From Octopus sinensis (lineage: Eukaryota): a stretch of 64,000 bases of DNA. Numbering within the stretch: the first letter of the stretch is position 1; every line of letters begins with the position of its first letter. This document shows positions 40,810 to 55,605 of the stretch, in pieces. A program made the position numbers and the translations under genes. Location: contig NC_042998.1 of assembly GCF_006345805.1 (NCBI RefSeq), positions 147,002,001-147,066,000 of the forward strand. Direction: 5' to 3'. Below the pieces are notes generated by a model. The model saw nothing but the letters and a program-made list of their open reading frames with translations, made no database searches and had not been told where the DNA came from.

Positions 40810-41215
40810 TTTTATCTGTAACTTGTTTCAGTCATTTGACTATGGTCATGCTGGGGCAGGGGCTTGATTATGGGGGCGTAAACACGCCAACAAGCGGTCG
40901 TAGGGTTTAAACATTGACATAAAAAAACATACACACATAGATATATACATACATACGTATGTATGGATGTATGGATGCATATATATATATATATATATAT
41001 AGTTGATATTGGTAGAAAAACAAAAGACGAACACAGGTGTATGAACAAGCAGGTATCGGGCTTCATTCAGTTTCTGTCTGCCAAAAATCTACTTACAAGG
41101 CTTTGGTCGGCTCGAGGCTATAGTCGTGGCCAAGGTGCCATGCAGTAGTTCTGGACCCGGAACTATCTGGCTGGGAAGCAAGCTGCTTACCACAGAGCCA
41201 CATCTACACCTATAT
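40810..41215 (-). mobile_element. SINE family B, degenerate, with a pLTR end fragment in its TA tract
   Basis: Tail at 40810-40920, head at 41065-41210; pLTR-like AAAAGACGAACACAGGTG at ~41020. Confidence 0.75.
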
Positions 41216-41304
41216 GTTAATATCCTTCGTAGAATGTAGAATCTGGTTTCTGACAAATAAACAAAAATGCTATCATTGTAGTTTGGATAACAACAGTGAT
41301 TGTT

Positions 41305-41720
41305 ACATATTAAACTTTAAGACAGTCTTGCTTATTTTTACTGTTTCACTTATAGGTTGCATCGGTTTGTATTGGCAGCTCTTTTTCTTTCTTGAAAATC
41401 CTCGCTTTTCCAGATTATGGCTTAGATATTTATTAATATAACCAAGTGCACCAATGATTACTGGTAGAAATGTCAATTTTCAATCGGGTTAGAAGAGTTG
41501 CAGATTTCAAAGCAACTGTCCAATGCTATCATTGGAGTTTGGATAATTCTTGCTGAATTCGGAAGCGATATTCACATCTGCAGAGCAACTAAACTCGGTA
41601 ACTGTACAAAACCCTTCATTTCTGTCCCTAATAATTTTGATAGGAAAGTTCCACAAAAATTCCTGGTGTTGATATGCATGTACTTAATTGCAGAGGTATC
41701 GTTTCTATTAATCCCAGGGC
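41305..41720 (-). pseudogene. RLE-type LINE 3' end (restriction-like endonuclease remnant)
   Basis: IIRDRNEGFCTVTEFSCSADVNI...NLQLF*PD*KLTFLPVIIGALGY...ETVKISKTVLKF. Confidence 0.7.
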
Positions 41721-42562
41721 AGAGATTTCTATAGTTTGAAGTATTAATCCTGGTCTGATTGTTTTGCCTTTCTTCTATGTTAATTTTATTTTGTTTTATT
41801 TTCCCGTCTTGTTACCTAATTCTTTGATCTATAGCAATCGGGTAACCTGCGATGTCCATTCAAACATGTTTTTATCTCTAGTGAATGCACGCCGTTCACA
41901 ATTCACATCAACTAAATTTATATCCACTTGTTCCTTAAATACAGCGAGGGACTTCAACATGGTCGCTAAACCTGCCAAAAATAATAGCCGAATACACCCC
42001 AAACCATTCTTTATCGTCTTAAAAGTAGGAGGGATACATATTAGATGATGTAGTCTTAGATACACTCCAGCCTTGGGATCGATTTGTTCGACTTAAGGTG
42101 GTTCTCCAACATGGCCACAATCAAATGATTGAAACAAATAAAAAAATACATACAATATAATTTCCTACTCACGAAACCCGGCCCTTGAGTGACCCTGTTG
42201 TTTCTGTTAAATATACATTTATGTATGTATGTATGTATGTATGTATGTATGTATGTATGTATGTATGTATGTATGTATGTATATATATATACATACTGTA
42301 TGTATAAACACAGAGTATACATACTGTATGTATGTATAAGAGAGTATATACATACCGACATAATTACCTACACACCAAATACATACCAACCTAAATACTC
42401 ATACACAAACAAGAGCTCATTCACACTCACCAACACATGCACACATACATAAACAAATATATACATACACACATATATACATGCATACATACATACATAC
42501 ATACATACATGCTTACATGCATACATATATACATACATACGTGCATGCATCTCTCTCTCTCT

Positions 42563-42609
<47 letters not shown>

Positions 42610-42644
42610 TGCAACACATTTACACATACATATATGAATATGAC

Positions 42645-42720
<76 letters not shown>

Positions 42721-42894
42721 CTACACACGTATACACATTTAGTACATATAATACATTATACTGTATATGCATATGTTATCTTTATAGGTCAGACATTAAG
42801 TAATTGCTATATATCAATGGGTGTTTATTCTTAATTGTAGTTTATTTATTCACCATATTATGTTTCTAACCGTATGTTCTAACATTATATATAA

Positions 42895-43300
42895 TGAGGT
42901 GGACTGCAGAATTGGTAGAGCAACGTACTTTTATGTTCTGGTATCAAATCTCGCCAAAGTCGACTTTGTCTTTTATACTTCTAGGGGTCGATAAAATAAG
43001 TTCCAGTTTAGTATTGTAGTCGATCTGAACTACTGTAATCATATCCAAAATATGAGACCTTGTATCTCTGTTAGAAATTAATATAAAATATATTAGCTTA
43101 AGGTAGAATCGTTAGCACTCCGAGCAAAATGCTTAGCGGCATTTCGTCCGTCTTTACATTTTGAGTTCAAATTCCGCGGAGATCGACTTTGCCTTTCATC
43201 CTATCGGGGTCGATAAAATAATTACATACTGAGCATTGGGATCGATGTAATCGACTTAACCCCTCTCCCGCAATTGCTAACCTCGTGTCAAATTTGAAAT
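42895..43300 (+). mobile_element. Two adjacent SINE family C copies
   Basis: TCGACTTTG..TTT.AT..T...GGGGTCGATAAAATAA motif at ~42960 and ~43183. Confidence 0.75.
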
Positions 43301-46000
43301 TAATATTATATATTAGCTTCTACCTGTGGCAATAAAATCGCATGATCTAGTGGTTAAGGTGTTGTACCCGCGATTACAAGGTCCAGAGTTCAATTCCTGA
43401 GCCGAGTGACACGTTGTGTCCTTGAGCAAGATACTTCATTTCATGTCTTGAAATGTCTACCAGCCAGCTGAGTGCAGGCGTATCCAGTTCTGCTCTCACC
43501 AGCAGTCACACCATCGACGTTCTGCCGGACCAATTTGGTGTCTATGTCTGCTAGCGACTACACAGTCATCTAAAACAATTCGCGAAAGCAGAGTATATGT
43601 GACTAAGTCATATTCGCATGCCAGCAACTACTACCGTTTTACTCCTGACATCGTATTTAAATAGTAATTGTAATAATTATTTTTGAGAAAGAACAAGAAG
43701 TTTGGGTGGGTAGGAGTACAGTCGATCAAACCAACTTAAGTAATTAACTGGTAATCATTTTATCTATCCTTGTAGGGGTGGATGAAAGACAAAATTGACA
43801 TGGGTCGAATTTGAACGCAGAATGGAAAGGGCCACAACAAACAACACAAAACATTTTGTTCGACGCTCTATCTATTAACTGCTCTGTGTTAATCAACAAT
43901 GAGTTTAAAACAGTTTGCAGAAAGGACTGTGTCTAATTGAATAAAAACAACTCCAGTACTTGTCTGATTGGTTTATCGACTCAAGAGAGATGAAATACTA
44001 AGACAACCAAAACGAGGTTTGAACTTGTAGCGTAATTCATTTTGCCGAGCGCTCTACTGATTGATTCTGTCGATCACTGCCATCAACACTTATCAATAAA
44101 ACTTCTACGAGATTGCTCGATTTGAGAGAAATAGTAGCCAATTCTCCTTCAAATCACTCCCTGTTGTCTGAAACAAAGAGAGACACATGCAGTTCTAGTT
44201 ATATAGTCTCTTGAAAAAAAAAATAGACGAAACGGTCACGAGTGGAACACCTTTAATCACAGATTTGCTCAATAAAGCTTTCAACTAATACTATGAAGTG
44301 CAATTTCTAAGAGAAGCACAAGATCACATATTTTGAAGGTGGCTACAGTCAAATCGACTCGAGTATTTTATCGATTAGAACTCAGAACATAAGTTACATA
44401 ACTTAATATCCCAAGTCACTTTCACGGCCGCTAGTATACTTGCAAGACCAAAATGTGGTTACCGCTATATTTATCAACGTGTACACATTATCACTCAATA
44501 ACTGCATTTACAACTCATATAGGGTGCGGCTAAAACCTATTCTTGATAAATATTTGAACAGCAAACGCATAATGTGCACAGGTGTAAACCATGGAGGTAA
44601 CTGCAAGAAATAAAATAAAATAAACATTAGCTACATAAAGATACCATTACCACTTGTCTAGTTTTACTATTAGCACATCAGCGACTGTATAAAATATGGA
44701 AGAAGATTTGTATTTTCTTTATTATTTATTTGTTATTCCTTTTCCGTCACACATTTTACATAATTAGTTATTTAATCATCAACAAATATTTATTAATTAT
44801 TCGTACTTTACAGAAGTATGTATGTATGTATGTATGTATGTATGTATGTATGTATGTATGTATGTATGTATGTATGCATGTATGTATGTATGTATGTATG
44901 TATGTATGTATGTATGTATGTATGTATGCATGCATGCATGCATGTATGTATGTATGTATGTATGTATGTATGTATGTATGTATGTATGTATGTATGCATG
45001 TGTGCATGTGTGTATGTATGTATGTTTTATGTATGTACATACATACATAATACATACATATATAAAACATACATACATACATACATAAATACATATATAG
45101 TACCTATTTGATGAGTGCTATTTAGAAATTAAATATTTATAACTTAATGCTACATTTATATATCCTAAAGTACTTAAAATTCTTCTATATCACCGCATCT
45201 GTGTGTAGCTGGGAGTTTTTAGGTGTGCGTGTAGATGTGTTGTGTGTGTGTGTGTGTACGTGTGTGTGTGTATCTGCGGGTATGTGCCTGTTTATGTGCC
45301 TGTGTGTGTAGCCGTGTGTTGTGTGTATGTGTATCTCTTGGTAAATATATGTCCGTGTATGTGGTAGCAGCTAGTGCGTGCGTCTGTGCGCGTGCGTTCC
45401 TCTATGAATATTTGCTGGTCAGTTCTACAATTGGCAAAATAGTTATTATTACCTGAAAGGGCCGGCAAGGTTATCCATCCTAGTGAATATGAAGTTTACT
45501 GGGCAAGTCAGGGCATTCTTTATAGCATTACAAGCCCCTGAGTAAAACAATGGGTTCCCTACACACAGCTGTAGCATACATAATATTGGACCCCTCAAGA
45601 ACCGTAGTACATTCGAGTAACTGCCCAGCCTACCCATGCCGTAAGACAGTACGGATGCTGGTCAGTAGCAAATAAACACTTGAATATGATATTTCGGTGT
45701 CTATTGTAGGTAGTACTCTTTCTTACTAAGCAGGCAGTGATAGCTGTAATTTGTGTCCAGTAGAAGCACTGAAAATTCTTAATTGTAGACCTAATTCAAT
45801 TAGTCAGCACGAGCAGTTATTAATCCGTCGTATACGCTTATTCAATAAAACTTTCTTAAAGTTTCCACAGAAAATCGTACATAAACAAATTATCTAGGTT
45901 CAGCTAAGATTAACCTTTTACATCTCAAATATGGAATGCAGGATAAGGTAGTGTTTACACAAAATTGTCATGGATTACCAAGATGAATTTACCAAGGATA

Positions 46001-46098
<98 letters not shown>

Positions 46099-46321
46099 TG
46101 AAATTTTCTTGCCAAAGTCTACCTGCATATATCAAAACCGGCCATAAATTACTGAAATGAACTTACCAAGGATATATATACAAACTTTAAATTTTCTTAC
46201 CAAAGTCTACCTGCATAAATCTAAACCTGTAAATTTTAATCTATTTTTCAAAAATACTTTCTAATATATTTTTCTAATTTTAAAACAACATTCGATATAT
46301 TATAAAAACTTTATCTTTTCC

Positions 46322-46411
46322 ATCTCTGACGAGAGGATGTATTGTCTGTCAATGTGTATCAATAATCGATTCCAATATAATGAAAATACTTTCGTGAAAC
46401 GATCGTAAGAT
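46322..46411 (+). ncRNA. Type-I hammerhead with extended stem II in a PLE remnant
   Basis: atct-CTGACGA-[~63 nt]-GAAA-cgatcg-TA-agat; canonical core, palindromic stem III ACGATCGT. Confidence 0.6.
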
Positions 46412-46589
46412 ACATTCATTAATAAATTTTTAAACTGTCAGGTTTCATATAATTTACATATATTTTTAATACAATACTATTTTGGACATATATATATGTT
46501 CGTGAGAAATTTTTTTTTATTGAATTTCATGCTACTATGTCAAAATACAGTATATATAATCGCTCGTATTAGTGTCTAAATATTTTATA

Positions 46590-46622
<33 letters not shown>

Positions 46623-46625
<3 letters not shown>

Positions 46626-47775
46626 CAAATAAGTAACAAGGATATCCAGGGATCAATGCATTACGACAGTTTCAAGCGGCTCCATTTCAGTTAGTTCACC
46701 TTTAATTTAATTACACCTTACAATCGATCCTATATTTTAGATATCTTCTATTCATTCACTTGTAATAAGGATAATTATCCTGGTTTTGATTTAATATAAA
46801 CTATGTACTCCTACTCCGATGATAATTTAATTTACTTATAAATTCATTGTTGAATAGTTTTATCATGACCACCTTAGCAACATGCTTAGGAAAGGCCTTA
46901 TGAACGTTCTCTTATATATTAAAGTACTCCATTTTAAGGTTTACTTGCCTATCCTTTTTTCCTTTATATTGTTCTAAAATATTTTTCTAAATTTTTAATA
47001 CATTAAATTGGCTAAGTTATGATACACCTTGTAACCCTAGGTTCTAATTCCCTCCATTAGAACTTATTTTGATCTCTTTTGTTTTCAACTTTATTTACCT
47101 TTTATTTCACAATCTAAATATGTACTAACCACCCCGCGCTCCCTCTTCTCCATCAATCATTCTCTTACTAGCAGCTCTGAGACATATCCTTTTATGTAGA
47201 TAAAGCGAGATATTTGGTCCCAGTAAAATAAGGGTCGGGGAGAGTATCCGACGTTAATTAATTTATCACCATCAACTGGAACTTAACTGTCAACTCCCAA
47301 TATATTTAACTCTAAAGAGTTGTAGATTATATACTGCATAAAATAAAATAAAGGTAAATTAACTAGCTCATCATTCCTTTTTCTTGACCCCCACTATTTC
47401 CCCCAGTTACTCTCTTAATTATAGTAGGTTTTAGATATATATACATTTTTCCCTAAATTCATTCTGCCACAAACATAGTAAAGGGAGAAAAATCTAATTA
47501 TTTTGGTTTCTAGTACTGATGTAAATTGTACTAAAAAATGGTTTATCCTTTATATTGGAAATCTATATGGTCGTCTGTTTCAGAGGAGAGATTTTTCTTT
47601 CAAATTGATGTAATGTTTTCATTGATCGATCAAATGAAGCCGCTTGAAACGGCTGTAATGCACTGATACCTGGACATCCTTGATACTTATTTGCTTTTTA
47701 TTCATCTAACTTCGAGCTGCGCGGTCTATACCGAACTGGCAAGGTGCCTCAATTTAAGCACCTAATTCAACTAAA
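46623..47775. mobile_element. Degenerate element bounded by ~65-bp inverted pLTR-like termini
   Basis: 46623-46690 is the reverse complement of ~47634-47697 (GCCGCTTGAAAC...TAATGCA...ACTTATTTGCTTT). Confidence 0.6.
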
Positions 47776-49212
47776 TCTTACACACACACACACACACACA
47801 TACACATAGAGAGAGAGAGAAAAAAAAGAGAGAGAGAGACAGATACATAGAGAGACAGATAGATAGAGATAGAGGACAAATACAGTGGATACTGTTGCAG
47901 AGGTAATGGATCCTTCTTTGCCCAACTACAGAAACCAACCCATTGCTATCACAAGAAAAACACCGCACAAACCGTAGAATGAACCACTATGTAGCCTCTC
48001 GTTTTGCTAGAAATAACAACCAAAATATCTTCAACTCAAACATTACTGTTTTAAAGGAGACTTTGAATAATGTAGTCTTAGATACAGAGTTTACAAAAAA
48101 TACGCGAAATTGTAACGGTTGGAACGTCTCTGATCAGTGGGCTCTTTGGTTAGTGTAGACCTAGTGTTAAACAACAATAACGACAACAAAACAACTCTCT
48201 TCCTTTCCTTTATCTCTCCCTTCTCCTATCTTATTTGATATAGTGTTGGTGGTGGTGGAGATGGTAGTGGTGGTGTTATTGATTGTCGTAAGAGACGATG
48301 GTGAAAATCGGGGTGCGATGGGATGTTGATGGTGTTGGTGATGGTGGTGGGGTAATGGTGTGGTGGTTTTAGTGGTGGTATTTATGGTGGTCATGGTGAT
48401 GGTGGTGAGAGAAAGGTGATTGTGAAAATAGTGATGGTGGTAATGATGATGGTGGTGGTGGAGAGAGTGGTGTGATGGTAAGTGATGATGTTGATGGTGG
48501 TGGTGATGATGGTATTGTTGGAGCTAGCGGTAATGATAGTGGTGGTGGTGTTGGTATTGATGATTACCGGTGATAATGATGGAGATGGTAGTAGTGATTG
48601 TAATGGTAGTGGCGGTGGTGGTGAATATCGTGGTGGTACGCTTGTAATAGCTCTCAGTAAGAAAGGAAAACTTCTTTGAATGGACATGGGAAAAAAATCC
48701 CCAAACCAAGCACGCTCACCTACACGTGTTGTGTAATAATGTAAATAATCCAACGTTTACTCACCCCCAGCACCCCTATACACATATACACAACTATGTC
48801 TTCTCTTACTGCTACCACCACCTTCTGTATCTGTCACTTACTAACCCACCCATTTCTACTTACCTCCTCTTCCTCTACTTCGGCTCCGTTACCCACCCTC
48901 ATCCACTAAGCTTAGCAACGCCCCTCCTTGTTTACCCGGTTAAAATGCTACAACACGCTCATAGTTTGGGGTAGGTGTGTGTTTGTCACTAATTAAATAG
49001 TCCCTACTACATTAGAGGATAGCGCTTAGCTAAAGTATTACATACAATATTTGTCTGCGCGCCCGCGCGCGCGTATGGATATGTGTGTGTGTGTGTGTGA
49101 AAGTGCTAAATGTACCCGCATATATGTAGATGTGTATAGATTATGCATATGGGGATAGGTAACATGTATGCATACATGTTTTTAAGAAAGCCTGCATTTA
49201 TGCATACATACA

Positions 49213-49287
<75 letters not shown>

Positions 49288-49622
49288 CACATGTGTGTAT
49301 GCATATATATGTACGTGTATATAGATATATGTTTGTATATCTATATATGTTTGTGTGTACATATATTAATGATGACATATTAGTGTGCGTTAGGCTTATA
49401 TGCATATGTATATTCGTGTATATATATATATGTATGCATACAAAGACCCATACCCACACACGCACACTAACACATACACAACACACACATACATAATATA
49501 TTTACGTGTGTGTACACACACATGTACACGTGCATAAATACAATACTCGCATATATACATTTGTGTATGTATGTATGTATGTATGTATGTATGTATGTAT
49601 GTATGTATGTATGTATGTATGA

Positions 49623-49653
<31 letters not shown>

Positions 49654-49662
49654 CATGTATGA

Positions 49663-49695
<33 letters not shown>

Positions 49696-49714
49696 TGTAT
49701 GTATGTATGTATGA

Positions 49715-49747
<33 letters not shown>

Positions 49748-49755
49748 TGTATCTA

Positions 49756-50975
49756 TACGTAGGTGGGCTGAAAAGTTCATAGGCTGACTATGAAAGGGTG
49801 ATGTTCGAGCTGTTAAATTTTGCATGTATTAATTTCAGCCCTTCTTATTAATAACTTCATCGTTTCTTTCCAGGTAAACTGACATCTGATTGATTAAAGA
49901 AGACTTCAAATGTAACCGGTAGCAGTTTCTCTGGAAAAGGACAACATTTGGTATTATCGTGTTATCAAGTACTTCAGAAAAAGGGTTTAACCTCCAAAGA
50001 CATTCCTGCTGACATGGTTGCTACACTAAGGGTTGACTCTCCAGCTTTATCGACAGTGCAAAAATGGGCTGCTGAATTTAGGGGGAAAACAGAGTCGTGA
50101 AAATGACTCAACGTCTGGGTGTCTTGCAGCTGCCGTCACCGACGAAAATATTGATTGTGTTCACTACATGTTGATGGATAAGAAGCAACTGACTATAAAT
50201 CAAATAACCAATGCTATTAGCGTATCCAATAAGTGAGTTGAGAATATTCTGCACAAGGAACTTGACATGACAAAGGTTTCTGCTCAGTGGATGTCACGTT
50301 TTCTGATATCTGATCAAACGCGCAACAACCTGATCACACCACGGGAAAATCTGACGTTGATCCAGTTGGTTTCCAGGATAAGTGTTGGATTCATCACTTT
50401 GAGTCAGAGATAAAGGACTATACATGCAGTGGAAACACTTCTCCTTACCTGCTCCAAAGAAAGCCAAGGTCGTTTCACCTTCGGGAAAGGTGATGGACGC
50501 AAAAGATATTGTGCTTATTGACTATCTTCAAAAGGCTTACATCATCAATGGAGAGCACAATGCCAACTTGATGAGGCAGTTACGAGAGGTTATCAAGACC
50601 AAAGGCCCAGAAAAAACTGATGAAAAGGGTCTTGTTTCATCCAACAAAAGCCATTGGTTTCAATGGCTGTTATGCATGACTATGGCTTTGATCTGGTTGA
50701 TCACTCCCGCCGTATTCTCCTGAGTTGGCCCTATATGACTATGATCTGTTCCTCAATATGAAAAAAATACTTGATTGGAACCAGTATCGCAGTGACGATG
50801 ACGTCATATCTACTGCTAAAGACTTTTTTTGACTAACAGGATGAAAGCTTCTTTAACAATGGGATCCAAGCACCGGTGGGAGAAGTATGTGGACTGCAAG
50901 GGAGGCTATGTTGAAAATTAATCCTCATTTGGTCACATTTTATGAGAATATCTTGGTCTACGAGCTTTCTGGTAT
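49756..50975 (+). mobile_element. Near-full-length decayed mariner element
   Basis: TA|CGTAGGTGGGCTGAAAAGTTC end; VSAQWMSRFL (WVPR.L-like), MQWKH...PAPKKAKV, PPYSPELALYDYDLF. Confidence 0.88.
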
Positions 50976-50993
50976 ATAACGCACACACGCAAG

Positions 50994-51033
<40 letters not shown>

Positions 51034-51284
51034 AACATGGATGCATGCATATATACTTTAAACACAAACAACACAACAGTACATGCTAATACATCCATTG
51101 TCATTCTTTACATTCAGTTAAATACTTGTTCTCATTACTAGTTGTAGAGTTGGAGGGGGTCCTTGCTGAAAAACATGTATTTATGTATACGTTAATACAC
51201 ATATGTATACCTGTATGCATCTGGTATGTATGAAGCGTGTGACTAATTACACAAACACACACACACACATATATTTTATATTTA

Positions 51285-51323
<39 letters not shown>

Positions 51324-51359
51324 ATCTATCTATCTATATATCTATCTATCTATCTATCT

Positions 51360-51616
51360 CTTTTACTCTTTTCTCTTTTACTTGTTTCAGTCATTTGACT
51401 GCGGCCATGCTGGAGCACCGCCTTTAATCGAGCAACTCGACCCCGGGACTTATTCTTTGTAAGCCCAGTACTTATTCTATCGGTCTCTTTTGCCGAACCG
51501 CTAAGTAACGGGGACATAAATAACCAGCATCGGTTGTCAAGCAATGCTAGGGGGATAAACACACAAACACACACACACACCACACACACACACACACCAC
51601 ACACACACACACACAT

Positions 51617-51659
<43 letters not shown>

Positions 51660-51815
51660 GACAGGCTTCTTCAGTTTCCGTCTACCAAATCCACTCACAA
51701 GGCTTTGGTCGGCCCGAGGCTATAGTAGAAGACACTTGCCCAAGGTGCCACGCAGTGGGACTGAACCCGGAACCATGTGGTTGGTAAACAAGATACTTAC
51801 CACACAGCCACACTC
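51360..51815 (-). mobile_element. SINE family B, complete
   Basis: Head GTGGCTGTGTGGTAAG, GGTTCAGTCCC, internal (TA)/(CA) tract, tail CAAATGACTGAAACAAGTAAAAG-like. Confidence 0.9.
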
Positions 51816-51819
51816 TATC

Positions 51820-52880
<1,061 letters not shown>

Positions 52881-53269
52881 TGTTCTGCTTGTGTGTGTGT
52901 ATGTATGTGTAAAAGATTATAAGGGCCGTGTTTTTCAATTGATTTTCTCCAAACTGGTAACATATTTATGTTCCAGAGATGGTTTTAGGCTCTTAAGATT
53001 TTTCACATAATGAGTAACGGGCCCCCTGCAGGCAGAAAATACCCGTTCCTGGGTTACGTGGAAAAACGAGGTAACTCTTTGCGAAGCAACCTGCAGAAAT
53101 TGGTTGTCTCCCTTGCATCCATTGGTCAAAATATTATCACAATTTCATCTAATATATAAAATAAAGATGTGTGCGTATCGCTTTTCACGCGTATCTCTAT
53201 CTCTCTATATCTCTCTATCTATATCTTTCTATCCATCTCTATCTCTATCTCCCTCTCTGTATCTATCTG

Positions 53270-54190
53270 TCTACATCTTATCGTACAAAGTTTGAATTGT
53301 TTTCAAAGGAATTTTTGTCCATTCTTCAGCTAAAACAGTCTCCAGTTCTTGTAGTGATGATGGTGGAGGATATCGATTCCTTACTTGTTTTTATAAAATG
53401 CACCTTAAATGTTCAATAATATTGAGATCTGGGGACCTTGGTGGCCAGATAAGTAGAATGTTCCTCGTGCCATTCAACAACAACGTTAGCTGTGTGAATT
53501 GGTGCATTATCATCCTGAAAGATTGCGCTTCCCCCCGGAAACAGTTCCGCAACCATAGGATGAATTTGATCAGATAAAATGCTTAAATAGTCTTCACTAT
53601 TAATTCTGACATGAAGGGAAACCATTGGGCCGGCAGATTTCCAAGCTATAGACCCCACCCCCACCCCGGATCATTATTGATCCTCCTCCATGTTTAACAG
53701 TTGGAAGAAGGTAGTCTGGGTCAAATGCTTCTTTTAGCTGTTTCCACTCTAAACGCTTTGCAACTTTTGTTTTTGAAAGTAGTAGTTTTCTGATTGCAGC
53801 CCTCCCGTGAAGTCCGGCTTTGTGCAACTCCCGGCGAACAGTTTTTTGTGGGTTCTCCAGGTGGTCATTAAGCTCTGCAGTAATTCTGGGAGCTGTACTT
53901 TTGTGATCCTTTCTAACAATTCGCGTAAGAGTCCGACGGACCCTATCTGAAAGTTTTGGTTTTCTTCCGGAGTTTTGTTTCGACGAGGAAGTTTTTCCCT
54001 CTTTCTCAAAGGCTGTCATACCTTTCCAGACAGTACTTCTTGATACACCAATCATTTTGGCTGTTTTCGTTACATTGCGCCTACCATACAAGCACCAACA
54101 ATTTGACCTCTTTGAAAGTCCGATAGTCCTTTTTCTGATGATGTCTGAGAAGAAACAGCAATTTTAGCAAAACATATTAAGCAACACTGA
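53270..54190 (-). mobile_element. Tc1-like transposase pseudogene
   Basis: AKMIGVSRSTV, GRKPKLSDR, TVKHGGGSIM, IFQDDNAPIHT, WPPRSPDLNIIE. Confidence 0.92.
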
Positions 54191-54191
54191 G

Positions 54192-54590
54192 TAGGTGCAG
54201 GCGTGCTTGTGTGGTTAGAAGCTCGCTTCCCAACCACATAGTTCCAGGTTCAGTCCTACTGCGTGAAACCTTGGGTAAGTGTCTTCTACAATAGCCTTGG
54301 GCCGACCACAGCCTTGTGAGAAAACTGGTTGAAGGAAACTGAAAGAAGCCCGTCGTTTATATATATATATGTGTGTGTGTGTGCGCCATTGTGTTTGTTT
54401 GTCCCCCACCACTGCTTGGCAACTGGTACTCTTGTGTTTGCGTTCCCGTAACCTAGCGGTTCGGCAAAAGTTATCGGTAGATTAAGTACTATGCTTTAAA
54501 AAAAAGGGCTAGGGTCGATTTATTTGACTAAAATTTTCTACGTGGTGCCCCAGTATGGCTGCAGTCAAATGAATGAAACAAGTAAATGAT
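54192..54590 (+). mobile_element. SINE family B, complete
   Basis: Same structure as 51360-51815. Confidence 0.88.
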
Positions 54591-54716
54591 AGGAGACATG
54601 CGCATATATGTTTTATATATACGCAATTACGCATGCTGATTTGCGTCTGACGAATGCAAGACGACTGTTCAGTAGAGGCCGTAAAGGATATGCGACTCTG
54701 TATGTGTGTGTGTATG

Positions 54717-54844
<128 letters not shown>

Positions 54845-54856
54845 TTATCTATATAC

Positions 54857-55072
54857 TGGAGTTAGCACATAAATGTGAAACAAGGTGGAAAAAGAGTACT
54901 CAAATACCATAGGTAGAGTAATATGCTTTATCTAAAAGCAGGAGAAATATCACAAAAACTGTTACTTAGAGTTTCACGTTCCCGTTCCTCGGACAGTTAA
55001 AACTGTCCGACGAACTGGAATGTGAAACTCTGAGTAACAGTTTTTGTGATATTTCTGCTGCTTTTAAATAAA

Positions 55073-55078
<6 letters not shown>
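54857..55078. repeat. Mini fold-back pLTR: inverted pair of hammerhead variants
   Basis: Arms 54921-54996 and 55003-55078, spacer TTAAAA; motifs at 54959-54996(-) and 55003-55040(+). Confidence 0.85.
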
Positions 55079-55157
<79 letters not shown>

Positions 55158-55379
55158 CAATCATTTAGTATTTAATTGTTTCAGTCATTTGACTGCGGTC
55201 ATGCTGGTCCGGCAGTGGAACTGAACCCGGAACAATGTGACTGAGAAGCAAGCTTCTTACCACATACGTGTATGTATATATATGTATGGTATGTATGTAT
55301 GCATGTATGTGCATTCTGTTAAACATCTAATAAAGTCCATTATTATATAAGTGTGATAACATCCAAATTCAAACTTACC

Positions 55380-55605
55380 GCATAACCACCATGCAGTATA
55401 AGAGAATGGCACGCTACTTCATTGGCACACAGTACTTCATTGTCTAAATTTATGTGGGATCTCAAGGAAAGAATATCAATTATTCAATTTTGTAATTGAT
55501 TATAGGTAGTTCTTTCCATAAAAGAGGCAGACGATAGTTAAAATTCTCCGTAGAAGCAACAGAAGTTCTCAAATGTAGATCTAATTTTATTACTGAGCGT
55601 AATAA
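55380..55605 (+). pseudogene. Highly decayed PLE GIY-YIG C-terminal fragment
   Basis: STSLSKFMWDLKE..INYSIL..IIGSS motif. Confidence 0.5.

Noticed and set aside
45449-45660. Possible minus-strand exon (CAG|GTAATA donor, open frame)
   Set aside because: Unrecognisable peptide; the GGGCCGGC end and CTGGGCA/TGCCCAG inverted motifs fit a decayed DNA-transposon MITE better.
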